From the NCBI RefSeq assembly GCF_009914755.1, contig NC_060925.1: a stretch of DNA of 64,000 nt; one strand, given 5' to 3'. Under the pieces are notes generated by a model that did not search any database, had not been told where the DNA came from, and worked only from the letters and a program-made list of their open reading frames with translations. Positions 1 to 14,833 of this stretch are shown here, one piece after another. Source of the DNA: the human T2T-CHM13v2.0 reference genome, Homo sapiens. Both the position numbers and the translations under genes were made by a program. The first letter of the stretch is position 1, and each line of letters opens with the position of its first letter.

Positions 1-73
1 AACGGAAGCTAATGGAATCAACATCGAATGAATCGAATGGAAACACCATCGAATTGAAACGAATGGAATTATC

Positions 74-1849
74 ATGAAATTGAAATGGATGGACTCATCA
101 TCGAATGGATTCGAATGGAATCATCGAATAAAATTGATTGAAATCATCAACAAATGGAATCGAATGGTATCATTGAATGGAATCGAATGGAATCATCATC
201 AGATGGAAATGAATGGAATCGTCATAGAATGGAATCGAATGGATTCATTGAGTGGAATCAGATGGAATCATCGAATGGACTGGAATGGAATCACTGAATG
301 GACTCGAAAGGGATCATCATTGAATGGAATTGAATGGAATCATCGAATGGTCTCGATTGGAATCATTATCAAATGGAATCGAATGAAATCACCGAATAGA
401 ATCGAATGGAACAATCATCGAATGGACTCAAATGGAATTATCTTCAAATGGAATCGAATGGAATTATCGAATGCAATCGAATGGAATTATCGAATGCAAT
501 CGAATAGAATCATCGAATGGACTCGAATGGAATCATCGAATGGAATGGAATGGAACAGTCAATGAACTCGAATGGAATCATCATTGAATGGAATCGAATG
601 GAATCATCGAGTGGAATCGAATGGAATTATGATCAAATGGAATCGAATGTAATCATCATCAAATGGAATCAAAAATAACCATCATCAATTGGTATTGAAT
701 GGATTTGTCATCAAATGGAATTCAAAGGAATCATCATCAAATGGAACCAAATGGAATCCTCATTGAATGGAAATGAAAGGGGTCATCATCTAATGGAATC
801 GCATGGAATCATCATCAAATGGAATCGAATGCAATCTTCATCAAATGGAATCTAATGGAATCATTGAACAGAATTGAATGGAATCGTCATCGAATGAATT
901 GAATGCAATCATCGAATGGTCTCGAATGGAATCATCTTCTAATGGAAAGGAATGGAATCATCGCATAGAATCGAATGGAATTAACATTGAATGGACTCGA
1001 ATGGAATCCACATCAAACGGAATCAAGTGGAATTATCGAATGGAATCGAAGAGAATCATCCAATGGACTCGAATGGAATCATCTAATGGAATGGAATGGA
1101 ATAATCCACGGACTCGAATGCAATCATCATCGTATAGAATCGAATGGAGTCATCGAATGGACTCGAATGGAATAATCATTGAACGGAATCAAATGGAATC
1201 ATCATCGGATGGAAACGAATGGAATCATCATCGAATGGAAATGAAAAGAGTCATCATCTAATGGAATTGCATGGAATCATCATAAAATGGAATCGAATGG
1301 AATCAACATCAAATGGAATCAAATGGAATCATTGAACGGAATTGAATGGAATCGTCATCGAATGAATTGAATGCAATCATCGAATGGTCTCGAATGGAAT
1401 CATCTTCAAATGGAATGGTATGGAATCCTCGCATAGAATCGAATGTAATTATCATCGAATGGAATCGAATGAAATCAACAACAAACGGAAAAAAAAGGAA
1501 TTATCGAATGGAATCGAAGAGAATCATCGAATGGACCCGAATGGAATGATCTAATGGAATGGAATGGAATAATCCATGGACTCGAATGCAATCATCATCG
1601 AATGGAATCGAATCGAATCATCGAATGGACTCGAATGGAATAATCATTGAACGGAATCGCATGGAGTCATCATCGGATGGAACTGAATGGAATCATCATC
1701 GAATGGAATTGAATAGAATTATGGAATGAAATCCAGTGTGATCAGCATCGAATGGACCCGAATGGAATCATCATCCAACGGAAGCTAATGGAATCAACAT
1801 CGAATGAATCGAATGGAAACACCATCGAATTGAAACGAATGGAATTATC
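74..1849 (+). repeat. Canonical 1776-bp higher-order unit (HSat2A / 1.77-kb EcoRI family, probably 1q12 type)
   Basis: The marker ATGAAA(T/G)TGAAATGGATGGACTC recurs at 74 and 1850 (1776 bp), with one EcoRI site GAATTC per unit (718-723). Units of 1766-1776 bp also start at 1850, 14834, 19323, 21099, 25264, 29748, 38278, 42805 and 61018. The chromosome assignment is inferred from the known 1.77-kb EcoRI HSat2 repeat of chromosome 1 and is not provable here. Confidence 0.8.
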
Positions 1850-4115
1850 ATGAAAGTGAAATGGATGGACTCGTCATCGAATGGATTCGAATGGAATCAT
1901 CGAATAAAATTGATTGAAATCATCATCAAGTGGAATCGAATGGTATCATTGAATGGAATCGAATGGAATCATCAGATGGAAATGAATTGAATCGTCATAG
2001 AATGGAATCGAATGGATTCATTGAATGGAATCAGATGGAATCATCGAATGGACTGGAATGGAATCATTGAATGGACTCGAAAGGGATCATTATTGAATGG
2101 CATTGAATGGAATCATCGAATGGTCTCGATTGGAATCATTATCAAATGGAATCGAATGGAATCACCAAATAGAATCGAATGGAACAATCATCGAATGGAC
2201 ACAAATGGAATTATCCTCAAATGGAATCGAATGGAATTATCGAATGCAATCGAATGGAATTATCGAATGCAATCGAATAGAATCATCGAATAGATTCGAA
2301 TGGAATCATCGAATGGAATGGAATGGAACAGTCAATGAACTCGAATGGAAACATCATTGAATGGAATCGAATGGAATCATCGAGTGGAATCGAATGGAAT
2401 TATGATCAAATGGAATCGAATGTAATCATCATCAAATGGAATCAAAAATAACCATCATCAATTGGTATTGAATGGAATTGTCATCAAATGGAATTCAAAG
2501 GAATCATCATCAAATGGAACCGAATGGAATCCTCATTGAATGGAAATGAAAGGGGTCATCATCTAATGGAATCGCATGGAATCATCATCAAATGGAATCG
2601 AATGCAATCTTCATCAAATGGAATCTAATGGAATCATTGAACAGAATTGAATGGAATCGTCATCGAATGAATTGAATGCAATCATTGAATGGTCTCGAAT
2701 GGAATCATCTTCTAATGGAAAGGAATGGAATCATCGCATAGAATCGAATGGAATTAACATTGAATGGAGTCGAATGGAATCCACATCAAACGGAATCAAG
2801 TGGAATTATCGAATGGAATCGAAGAGAATCATCCAATGGACTCGAATGGAATCATCTAATGGAATGGAATGGAATAATCCACGGACTCGAATGCAATCAT
2901 CATCGTATAGAATCGAATGGAGTCATCGAATGGACTCGAATGGAATAATCATTGAACGGAATCAAATGGAATCATCATCGGATGGAAACGAATGGAATCA
3001 TCATCGAATGGAAATGAAAAGAGTCATCATCTAATGGAATTGCATGGAATCATCATAAAATGGAATCGAATGGAATCAACATCAAATGGAATCAAATGGA
3101 ATCATTGAACGGAATTGAATGGAATCGTCATCGAATGAATTGAATGCAATCATCGAATGGTCTCGAATGGAATCATCTTCAAATGGAATGGTATGGAATC
3201 CTCGCATAGAATCGAATGTAATTATCATCGAATGGAATCGAATGAAATCAACAACAAACGGAAAAAAAAGGAATTATCGAATGGAATCGAAGAGAATCAT
3301 CGAATGGACCCGAATGGAATGATCTAATGGAATGGAATGGAATAATCCATGGACTCGAATGCAATCATCATCGAATGGAATCGAATCGAATCATCGAATG
3401 GACTCGAATGGAATAATCATTGAACGGAATCGCATGGAGTCATCATCGGATGGAACTGAATGGAATCATCATCGAATGGAATCGAATAGAATTATGGAAT
3501 GAAATCCAGTGTGATCAGCATCGAATGGACCCGAATGGAATCATCATCCAACGGAAGCTAATGGAATCAACATCGAATGAATCGAATGGAAACACCATCG
3601 AATTGAAACGAATGGAATTATCATGAAAGTGAAATGGATGGACTCGTCATCGAATGGATTCGAATGGAATCATCGAATAAAATTGATTGAAATCATCATC
3701 AAGTGGAATCGAATGGTATCATTGAATGGAATCGAATGGAATCATCAGATGGAAATGAATTGAATCGTCATAGAATGGAATCGAATGGATTCATTGAATG
3801 GAATCAGATGGAATCATCGAATGGACTGGAATGGAATCATTGAATGGACTCGAAAGGGATCATTATTGAATGGCATTGAATGGAATCATCGAATGGTCTC
3901 GATTGGAATCATTATCAAATGGAATCGAATGGAATCACCAAATAGAATCGAATGGAACAATCATCGAATGGACACAAATGGAATTATCCTCAAATGGAAT
4001 CGAATGGAATTATCGAATGCAATCGAATGGAATTATCGAATGCAATCGAATAGAATCATCGAATAGATTCGAATGGAATCATCGAATGGAATGGAATGGA
4101 ACAGTCAATGAACTC
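750..4115 (+). repeat. Recent near-identical 1773-bp tandem duplication
   Basis: The offset is 1773 at 878/2651, 1346/3119 and 2012/3785. Both copies carry the rare variants ATGAAAGTG, GATCAGCATC, GGCATTG, GGACACAAA, GAATAGATTCG and a CAT deletion. Confidence 0.9.
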
Positions 4116-7100
4116 GAATGGAATCATCATTGAATGGAATCGAATGGAATCATCGAGTGGAATCGAATGGAATTTTGATCAAAAGGAATCGAATGTAATA
4201 ATCATCAAATGGAATCAAAAATAACAATCATCAATTGGTATTGAATGGAATTGTCATCAAATGGAATTCAAAGGAATCATCATCAAATGGAACCGAATGG
4301 AATCCTCATTGAATGGAAATGAAAGGGGTCATCATCTAATGGAATCACATGGAATCATCATCAAATGGAATCGAAAGGAATCATCATCAAATGGAATCTA
4401 ATGGAATCATTGAACAGAATTGAATGGAATCGTCATTGAATGAATTGAATACAATCATCGAATGGTCTCGAATGGAATCATCTTCTAATGGAAAGGAATG
4501 GAATCATCGCATAGAATCGAATGGAATTAACATTGAATGGACTCGAATGGAATCAATATCTAACGGAATCAAGCGGAATTATCGAATGTAATCGAAGAGA
4601 ACCATCGAATGGACTCGAATGGAATCATCTAATGGAATGGAATGGAATAATCCACGGACTCGAATGCAATCATCATCGTATAGAATCGAATGGAATCATT
4701 GAATGGACTCGAATGGAATCATCATTGAACGGAATCGAATGGAATCATCATCGGATGGAAACGAATGGAATTATCATCGAATGGAAATGAAAGGAGTCAT
4801 CATCTAATGGAATCGCATGGAATCATCATAAAATGGAATCGAATGGAATCAACATCAAATGGAATCAAATGGAATCATTGAACGGAATTGAATGGAATCG
4901 TCATCGTATGAATTGAATGCAATCATCGAATGGTCTCGAATGGAATCATCTTCAAATGGAATGGAATGGAATCATCGCATAGAATCGAATGGAATTATCA
5001 TCGAATGGAATCGAAAGGTATCAACATCAAACAGAAAAAACGGAATTATCGAATGGAATCGAAGAGAATCATCGAACGGACCCGAATGGAATCATCTAAT
5101 GGAAAGGAATGGAATAATCCATGGACTCGAATCCAATCATCATCGAATGGAATCGAATGGAATCATTGAAAGGACTCTAATGGAATAATCATTGAACGGA
5201 ATCGAATGGAATCATCATCGAATGGAAACTAATGGAATCATCATCGAATGGAAATGAAAGGAGTCATCTAATGGAATTGCACGGAATCAACATAAAATGG
5301 AATCGAATGGAATCAACATCAAATGGAATGAAATGGAATCATTGAACGGAATTGAATGGAATCTTCATCGAATGAATTGAATGCAATCATCGAATGGTCT
5401 CGAATGGAATCATCTTCAAATGGAATGGAATGGAATCATCGCATAGAATCGAATGGAATTATCATCGAATGGAATCGAATGGAATCAACATCAAATGGAA
5501 AAAAACGGAATTATCGAATGGAATCGAAGAGAATCATAGAATGGTCCCGAATGGAATCATCTAATGGAATGGAATGGAATAATCCATGGACTCGAATGCA
5601 ATCATCATCTAATGGAATCGAATGGAATCATCGAATGGACTCGAATGGAATAATCATTGAACGGAATCGAATGGAATCATCATCGGATGGAAATGAATGG
5701 AATCATTATCGAATGGAATCGAATAGAATTATGGAATGAAATCCAGTGTCATCATCATCGAATGGACCCGAATGGAATCATCATCCAACGGAAGCTAATG
5801 GAATCAACATCGAATGAATCGAATGGAAACACCATCGAATTGAAACGAGTGGAATTATCATGAAATTGAAATGGATGGACTCATCATCGAATGGATTCGA
5901 ATGGAATCATCGAATAAAATTGATTGAAATTGTCATCAAATGGAATCGAATGGAAGCATTGAGTGGAATCGAATGGAATCATCATCAGATGGAAATGAAT
6001 GGAATCGTCATAGAATGGAATCGAATGGATTCATTGAATGGAATCAGATGGAATCTTCGAATGGACTGGAATGGAATCATTGAATGGACTCGAAAGGGAT
6101 CATTATTGAATGGAATTGAATGGAATCATCGAATGGTCTCGATTGGAATCATTATCAAATGGAATCGAATGGAATCACCGAATAGAATCGAATGGAACAA
6201 TCATCGAATGGACTCAAATGAAATTATCCTCAAGTGGAATCGAATGGAATTATCGAATGCAATCGAATGGAATTATCGAATGCAATCGAATAGAATCATC
6301 GAATGGACTCGAATGTAATCATCAAATGGAATGGAATGGAACAGTCAATGAACTGGAATGGAATCATCATTGAATGGAATCGAATGGAATCATCGAGTGG
6401 AATCGAATGGAATTATGATCAAATGGAATCGAATGTAATCATCATCAAATGGAATCAAAAATAACCATCATCAATTGGTATTCAATGGAATTGTCATCAA
6501 ATGGAATTCAAAGGTATCATCATCAAATGGAACCGAATGGAATCCTCATTGAATGGAAATGAAAGGGGTCATCATCTAATGGAATCGCATGGAATCATCA
6601 TCAAATGGAATCGAATGGAATCATCATCAAATGGAATCTAATGGAATCATTGAACAGAATTGAATGGAATCGTCATCGAATGAATTGAATGCAATCATCG
6701 AATGGTCTCGAATGGAATCATCTTCTAATGGAAAGGAATGGAATCATCGCATAGAATCGAATGGAATTAACATTGAATGGACTCGAATGGAATCCACATC
6801 AAACGGAATCAAGCGGAATTATCGAATGGAATCGAAGAGAATCATCGAATGGACTCGAATGGAATCATCTAATGGAATGGAATGGAATAATCCACGGACT
6901 CGAATGTAATCATCATCGTATAGAATCGAATGGAATCATCGAATGGACTCGAATGGAATAATCATTGAACGGAATCAAATGGAATCATCATCGGATGGAA
7001 ACGAATGGAATCATCATCGAATGGAAATGAAAAGAGTCATCATCTAATGGAATCGCATGGAATCATCATAAAATGGAATCGAATGGAATCAACATCAAAT

Positions 7101-10100
7101 GGAATCAAATGGAATCATTGAACGGAATTGAATGGAATCGTCATCGTATGAATTGAATGCAATCATCGAATGGTCTCGAATGGAATCATCTTCAAATGGA
7201 ATGGAATGGAATCATCGCATAGAATCGAATGGAATTATCATCGAATGGAATCGAATGGAATCAACATCAAACGGAAAAAAACGGAATTATCGAATAGAAT
7301 CGAAGAGAATCATCGAACGGACCCGAATGGAATCATCTAATGGAATGGAATGGAATAATCCATGGACTCGAATGCAATCATCATCGAATGGAATCGAATG
7401 GAATCATCGAATGGACTCGAATGGAATAATCATTGAACGGAATCGAATGGAATCATCATCGGATGGAAACGAATGGAATCATCATCGAATGGAAATGAAA
7501 GGATTCATCATCTAATGGAATTGCATGGAATCATCATAAAATGGAATCGAATGGAATCAACATCAAATGGAATCAAATGGAATCATTGAACGGAATTGAA
7601 TGGAATCGTCAACGAATGAATTGAATGCAATCATCGAATGGTCTCGAATGGAATCATCTTCAAATGGAATGGAATGGAATCATCGCATAGAATCGAATGG
7701 AATTATCATCGAATGGAATCGAATGGAATCAACATCAAACGGAAAAATCGGAATTATCGTATGGAATCGAAGAGAATCATCGAATGGACCCGAATGGAAT
7801 CATCTAATGGAGTGGAATGGAATAATCCACGGACTCGAATGCAATCATCATCGAATGGAATCGAATGGAATCATCGAATGGACTCGAATGGAATAATCAT
7901 CGAACGGAATCGAATGGAGTCATCATCGGATGGAAATGAATGGAATCATCATCGAATGGAATCGAATAGAATTATGGAATGAAATCCAGTGTGATCATCA
8001 TCGAATGGACCCGAATGGAATCATCATCCAACGGAAGCTAATGGAATCAACATCGAATGAATCGAATGGAAACACCATCGAATTGAAACGAATGGAATTA
8101 TCATGAAATTGAAATGGATGGACTCATCATCGAATGGATTCGAATGGAATCATCGAATAAAATTGATTGAAATCATCAACAAATGGAATCGAATGGTATC
8201 ATTGAATGGAATCTAATGGAATCATCATCAGATGGAAATGAATGGAATCGTCATAGAATGGAATCGAATGGATTCATTGAATGGAATCAGATGGAATCAT
8301 CGAATGGACTGGAATGGAATCATTGAATGGACTCGAAAGGATTCATTATTGAATGCAATTGAATGGAATCATCGAATGGTCTCGATTGGAATCATTATCA
8401 AATGGAATCGAATGGAATCACCGAATAGAATCGAATGGAACAATCATCGAATGGACTCAAATGGAATTATCCTCAAATGGAATCGAATGGAAATATCGAA
8501 TGCAATCGAATGGAATTATCGAATGCAATCGAATAGAATCATCGAATGGACTCGAATGGAATCATCGAATGGAATGGAATGGAACAGTCAATGAACTCGA
8601 ATGGAATCATCATTGAATGGAATCGAATGGAATCATCGAGTGGAATCGAATGGAATTATGATCAAATGGAATCGAATGTAATCATCATCAAATGGAATCA
8701 AAAATAACCATCATCAATTGGTATTCAATGGAATTGTCATCAAATGGAATTCAAAGGTATCATCACCAAATGGAACCGAATGGAATCCTCATTGAATGGA
8801 AATGAAAGGGGTCATCATCTAATGGAATCGCATGGAATCATCATCAAATGGAATCGAATGGAATCATCATCAAATGGAATCTAATGGAATCATTGAACAG
8901 AATTGAATGGAATCGTCATCGAATGAATTGAATGCAATCATCGAATGGTCTCAAATGGAATCATCTTCTAATGGAAAGGAATGGAATCATCGCATAGAAT
9001 CGAATGGAATTAACATTGAATGGACTCGCATGGAATCCACATCAAACGGAATCAAGCGGAATTATCGAATGGAATCGAAGAGAATCATCGAATGGACTCG
9101 AATGGAATCATCTAATGGAATGGAATGGAATAATCCACGGACTCGAATGCAATCATCATCGTATAGAATCGAATGGAATCATTGAATGGACTCGAATGGA
9201 ATAATCATTGAACGGAATCAAATGGAATCATCATCGGATGGAAACGAATGGAATCATCATCGAATGGAAAAGAAAAGAGTCATCATCTAATGGAATTGCA
9301 TGGAATCATCATAAAATGGAATCGAATGGAATCAACATCAAATGGAATCAAATGGAATCATTGAACGGAATTGAATAGAATCGTCATCGAATGAAATGAA
9401 TGCAATCATCGAATGGTCTCGAATGGAATCATCTTCTAATGGAAAGTAATGGAATCATCGCATAGAATCGAATGGAATTAAAATTGAATGGACTCGAATG
9501 GAATCAACATCAAACGGAAAGAAACGGAATTATCGAATGGAATCGAAGAGAATCATCGAATGGACCCGAATGGAATCATCTAATGGAATGGAATGGAATA
9601 ATCCATGGACTCGAATGCAATCATCATCGAATGGAATCGAATGGAATCATCGAATGGACTCGAATGGAATAATCATTGAACGGAATCGAATGGAATCATC
9701 ATCGGATGGAAAAGAATGGAATCATCATCGAATGGAAATGAAAGGAGTCATCATCTAATGGAATTGCATGGAATCATCATAAAATGGAATCGAATGGAAT
9801 CAACATCAAATGGAATCCAATGGAATCATTGAACGGAATTGAATGGAATCGTCATCGAATCAATTGAATGCAATCATCGAATGGTCTCGAATGGAATCAT
9901 GTTCAAATGGAATGGAATGGAATCATCGCATAGAATCGAATGTAATTATCATCGAATGGAATCGAATGAAATCAACAACAAACGGAAAAAAAAGGAATTA
10001 TCGAATGGAATCAAAGAGAATCATCGAATGGACCCGAATGGAATCATCTAATGGAATGGAATGGAATAATCCATGGACTCGAATGCAATCATCATCGAAT

Positions 10101-13100
10101 GGAATCGAATGGAATCATCGAATGGACTCGAATGGAATAATCATAGAACGGAATCGAATGGAATCATCATCGGATGGAAATGAATGGAATCAGCATCGAA
10201 TGGAATCGAATAGAATTATGGAATGAAATCCAGTGTGATCATCATCGAATGCACCCGAATGGAATCATCATCCAAAGGAATCTAATGGAAACAACATCGA
10301 ATGAATCGAATGGAAACACCATCGAATTGAAACGAGTGGAATTATCATGAAATTGAAATGGATGGACTCATCATCGAATGGATTCGAATGGAATCATCGA
10401 ATAAAATTGATTGAAATCATCATCAAATGGAATCGAATGGTATCATTGAATGGAATCGAATGGAATCATCATCAGATGGAAATGAATGGAATCGTCATAG
10501 AATGGAATCGAATGGATTCATTGAATGGAATCAGATGGAATCATCGAATGGACTGGCATGGAATCATTGAATGGACTCGAGAGGGATCATTATTGAATGG
10601 AATTGAATGGAATCATGGAATGGTCTCGATTGGAATCATTATCAAATGGAATCGAATGGAATCACCAAATAGAATCGAATGGAACAATCATCGAATGGAC
10701 TCCAATGGAATTATCCTCAAATGGAATCGAATGGAATTATCGAATGCAATCGAATGGAATTATCGAATGCAATCGAATAGAATCATCGAATGGACTCGAA
10801 TGGAATCATCGAATGGAATGGAATGGAACAGTCAATGAACTCGAATGGAATCATCATTGAATGGAATCGAATGGAATCATTGAGTGGAATCGAATGGAAT
10901 TATGATCAAATGGAATCGAATGTAATCATCATCAAATGGAATCAAAGATAACCATCATCAATTGGTATTGAATGGAATTGTCATCAAATGGAATTCAAAG
11001 GAATCATCACCAAATGGAACCGAAAGGAATCCTCATTGAATGGAAATGAAAGGGGTCATCATCTAATGGAATCGCATGGAATCATCATCAAATGGAATCG
11101 AATGGAATCATCATCAGATGGAATCTAATGGAATCATTGAACAGAATTGAATGGAATCGTCATCGAATGAATTGAATGCAATCATCGAATGGTCTCGAAC
11201 GGAATCATCTTCTAATGGAAAGGAATGGAATCATCGCATAGAACCGAATGGAATTAACATTGAATGGACTCGAATGGAATCAACATCAAACGGAATCAAG
11301 CGGAATTATCGAATGGAATCGAAGAGAATCATCGAATGGACCCGAATGGAATCATCTAATGGAATGGAATGGAATAATCCACGGATTCGAATGCAATCAT
11401 CATCGTATAGAATCGAATGGAATCATCGAAAGGACTCGAAAGGAATAATCATTGAACGGAATCGAATGGAATCATCATCGGATGGAAACGAATGGAATCA
11501 TCATCGAATGGAAATGAAAGGAGTCATCATCTAATGGAATTGCATGGAATCATCATAAAATGGAATCGAATGGAATCAACATCAAATGGAATCAAATGGA
11601 ATCATTGAACGGAATTGAATGGAATCGTCATCGTATGAATTGAATGCAATCATCGAATGGTCTCGAATGGAATCATCTTCTAATGGAAAGGAATGGAATC
11701 ATTGCATAGAATCGAATGGAATTAACATTGAATGGACTCGAATGGAATCAACATCAAATGGAATCAAGCGGAATTATCGAATGAAATCGAAGAGAATCAT
11801 CGAATGGACTCTAATGGAATCATCTAATGGAATGGAATGGAATAATCCACGGACTCGAATGCAATCATCATCGTATAGAATCGAATGGAATCATCGAATG
11901 GACTCGAATGGAATAACCATTGAACGGAATCGAATGGAATCATCATCGGATGGAAACGAATGGAATCATCATCGAATGGAAATGTAAGGAGTCATCATCT
12001 AATGGAATTGCATGGAATCATCATAAAATGGAATCGAATGGAATCATCATCAAATGGAATCAAATGGAATCATTGAACGGAATTGAATGGAATCGTCATC
12101 GAATGAATTGAATGCAATCATCGAATGGTCTCGAATGGAATCATCTTCAAATGGAATGGAATGGAATCATCGCATAGAATCGAATGGAATTATCATCGAA
12201 TGGAATCGAATGGAATCAACATCAAACGGAAAAAAACGGAATTATCGAATAGAATCGAAGAGAATCATCGAACGGACCCGCATGGAATCATCTAATGGAA
12301 TGGAATGGAATAATCCATGGACTCGAATGCAATCATCATCGAATGGAATCGAATGGAATCATTGAATGGACTCGAATGGAATAATCATTGAACGGAATCG
12401 AATGGAATCATCATCGGATGGAAATGAATGGAATCATCATCGAATGGAATTGAATAGAATTATGGAATGAAATCCAGTGTGATCATCATCGAATGGACCC
12501 GAATGGAATCATCATCCAACGGAAGCTAATGGAATCAACATCGAATGAATCGAATGGAAACACCATCGAATTGAAACGAATGGAATTATCATGAAATTGA
12601 AATGGATGGACTCATCATCGAATGGATTCGAATGGAATCATCGAATAAAATTGATTGAAATCATCATCGAATGGAATCGAATGGTATCATTGAATGGAAT
12701 CGAATGGAATCATCATCAGATGGAAATGAATGGAATCGTCATAGAATGGAATCGAATGGATTCATTGAATAGAATCAGATGGAATCATCGAATGGACTGG
12801 AATGGAATCATTGAATGGACTCGAAAGGGATCATGATTGAATGGAATTGAATGGAATCATCGAATGGTCTCGATTGGAATCATTATCAAATGGAATCGAA
12901 TGGAATCACCGAATAGAATCGAATGGAACAATCATCGAATGGACTCAAATGGAATTATCCTCCAATGGAATCGAATGGAATTATCGAATGCAATCGAATG
13001 GAATTATCGAATGCAATCGAATAGAATCATCGAAAGGACTCGAATGGAATCATCGAAAGGAATGGAATGGAACAGTCAATGAACTCGAATGGAATCATCA

Positions 13101-14833
13101 TTGAATGGAATCGAATGGAATCATCGAGTGGAATCGAATGGAATTATGATCAAATGGAATCGAATGTAAGCATCATCAAATGGAATCAAAAATAACCATC
13201 ATCAATTGGTATTGAATGGAATTGTCATCAAATGGAATTCAAAGGAATCATCATCAAATGGAACCGAATGGAATCCTCATTGAATGGAAATGAAAGGGGT
13301 AATCATCTAATGGAATCGCATGGAATCATCATCAAATGGAATCGAATGGAATCATCATCAAATGGAATCTAATGGAATCATTGAAAAGAATTGAATGGAA
13401 TCATCATCGAATGAATTGAATGCAATCATCGAATGGTCTCGAATGGAATCATCTTCTAATGGAAAGGAATGGAATCATCGCATAGAATCGAATGGAATTA
13501 ACATTGAATGGACTCGAATGGAATCCACATCAAACGGAATCAAGCGGAATTATCGAATGGAATCGAAGAGAATCATCGAATGGACTCGAATGGAATCATC
13601 TAATGGAATGGAATGGAATAATCCACGGACTCGAATGCAATCATCATCGTATAGAATCGAATGGAATCATCGAATGGACTCGAATGGAATAATCATTGAA
13701 CGGAATCAAATGGAATCATCATCGGATGGAAACGAATGGAATCATCATCGAATGGAAATGAAAAGAGTCATCATCTAATGGAATCGCATGGAATCATCAT
13801 AAAATGGAATCGAATGGAATCAACATCAAATGGAATCAAATGGAATCATTGAACGGAATTGAATGGAATCGTCATCGTATGAATTGAATGCAATCATCGA
13901 ATGGTCTCGAATGGAATCATCTTCAAATGGAATGGAATGGAATCATCGCATAGAATCGAATGGAATTATCATCGAATGGAATCGAATGGAATCAACATCA
14001 AACGGAAAAAAACGGAATTATCGAATAGAATCGAAGAGAATCATCGAACGGACCCGAATGGAATCATCTAATGGAATGGAATGGAATAATCCATGGACTC
14101 GAATGCAATCATCATCGAATGGAATCGAATGGAATCATCGAATGGACTCGAATGGAATAATCATTGAACGGAATCGAATGGAATCATCATCGGATGGAAA
14201 CGAATGGAATCATCATCGAATGGAAATGAAAGGATTCATCATCTAATGGAATTGCATGGAATCATCATAAAATGGAATCGAATGGAATCAACATCAAATG
14301 GAATCAAATGGAATCATTGAACGGAATTGAATGGAATCGTCAACGAATGAATTGAATGCAATCATCGAATGGTCTCGAATGGAATCATCTTCAAATGGAA
14401 TGGAATGGAATCATCGCATAGAATCGAATGGAATTATCATCGAATGGAATCGAATGGAATCAACATCAAACGGAAAAATCGGAATTATCGTATGGAATCG
14501 AAGAGAATCATCGAATGGACCCGAATGGAATCATCTAATGGAGTGGAATGGAATAATCCACGGACTCGAATGCAATCATCATCGAATGGAATCGAATGGA
14601 ATCATCGAATGGACTCGAATGGAATAATCATCGAACGGAATCGAATGGAGTCATCATCGGATGGAAATGAATGGAATCATCATCGAATGGAATCGAATAG
14701 AATTATGGAATGAAATCCAGTGTGATCATCATCGAATGGACCCGAATGGAATCATCATCCAACGGAAGCTAATGGAATCAACATCGAATGAATCGAATGG
14801 AAACACCATCGAATTGAAACGAATGGAATTATC
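3623..14833 (+). repeat. Run of five ~2244-bp units (three 468-bp modules each)
   Basis: Marker starts at 3623, 5860, 8103, 10347, 12591 and 14834 give spacings of 2237, 2243, 2244, 2244 and 2243. Internal module starts are 468 bp apart, e.g. 6664/7132/7600 and 11151/11619/12087. Confidence 0.9.

Noticed and set aside
128-146. TGATTGAAATCA once per unit (and variant TGATTGAATGG) as a DUX4 site
   Set aside because: These only partly match the TAAYYYAATCA consensus on the reverse strand. A PWM scan or ChIP data would be needed, so no site is called.
878-1345. 468 bp = 18 x 26-bp monomers, or a nucleosome-phased length
   Set aside because: The module visibly mixes 23-bp, 26-bp and irregular sub-monomers, so the arithmetic match is probably coincidence. 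No positioning data are available.
1485-1500. A-tracts (GGAAAAAAAAGG) or AATAAA as poly-A remnants or signals
   Set aside because: These are short fixed parts of the repeat consensus, with no adjoining retroelement or gene.
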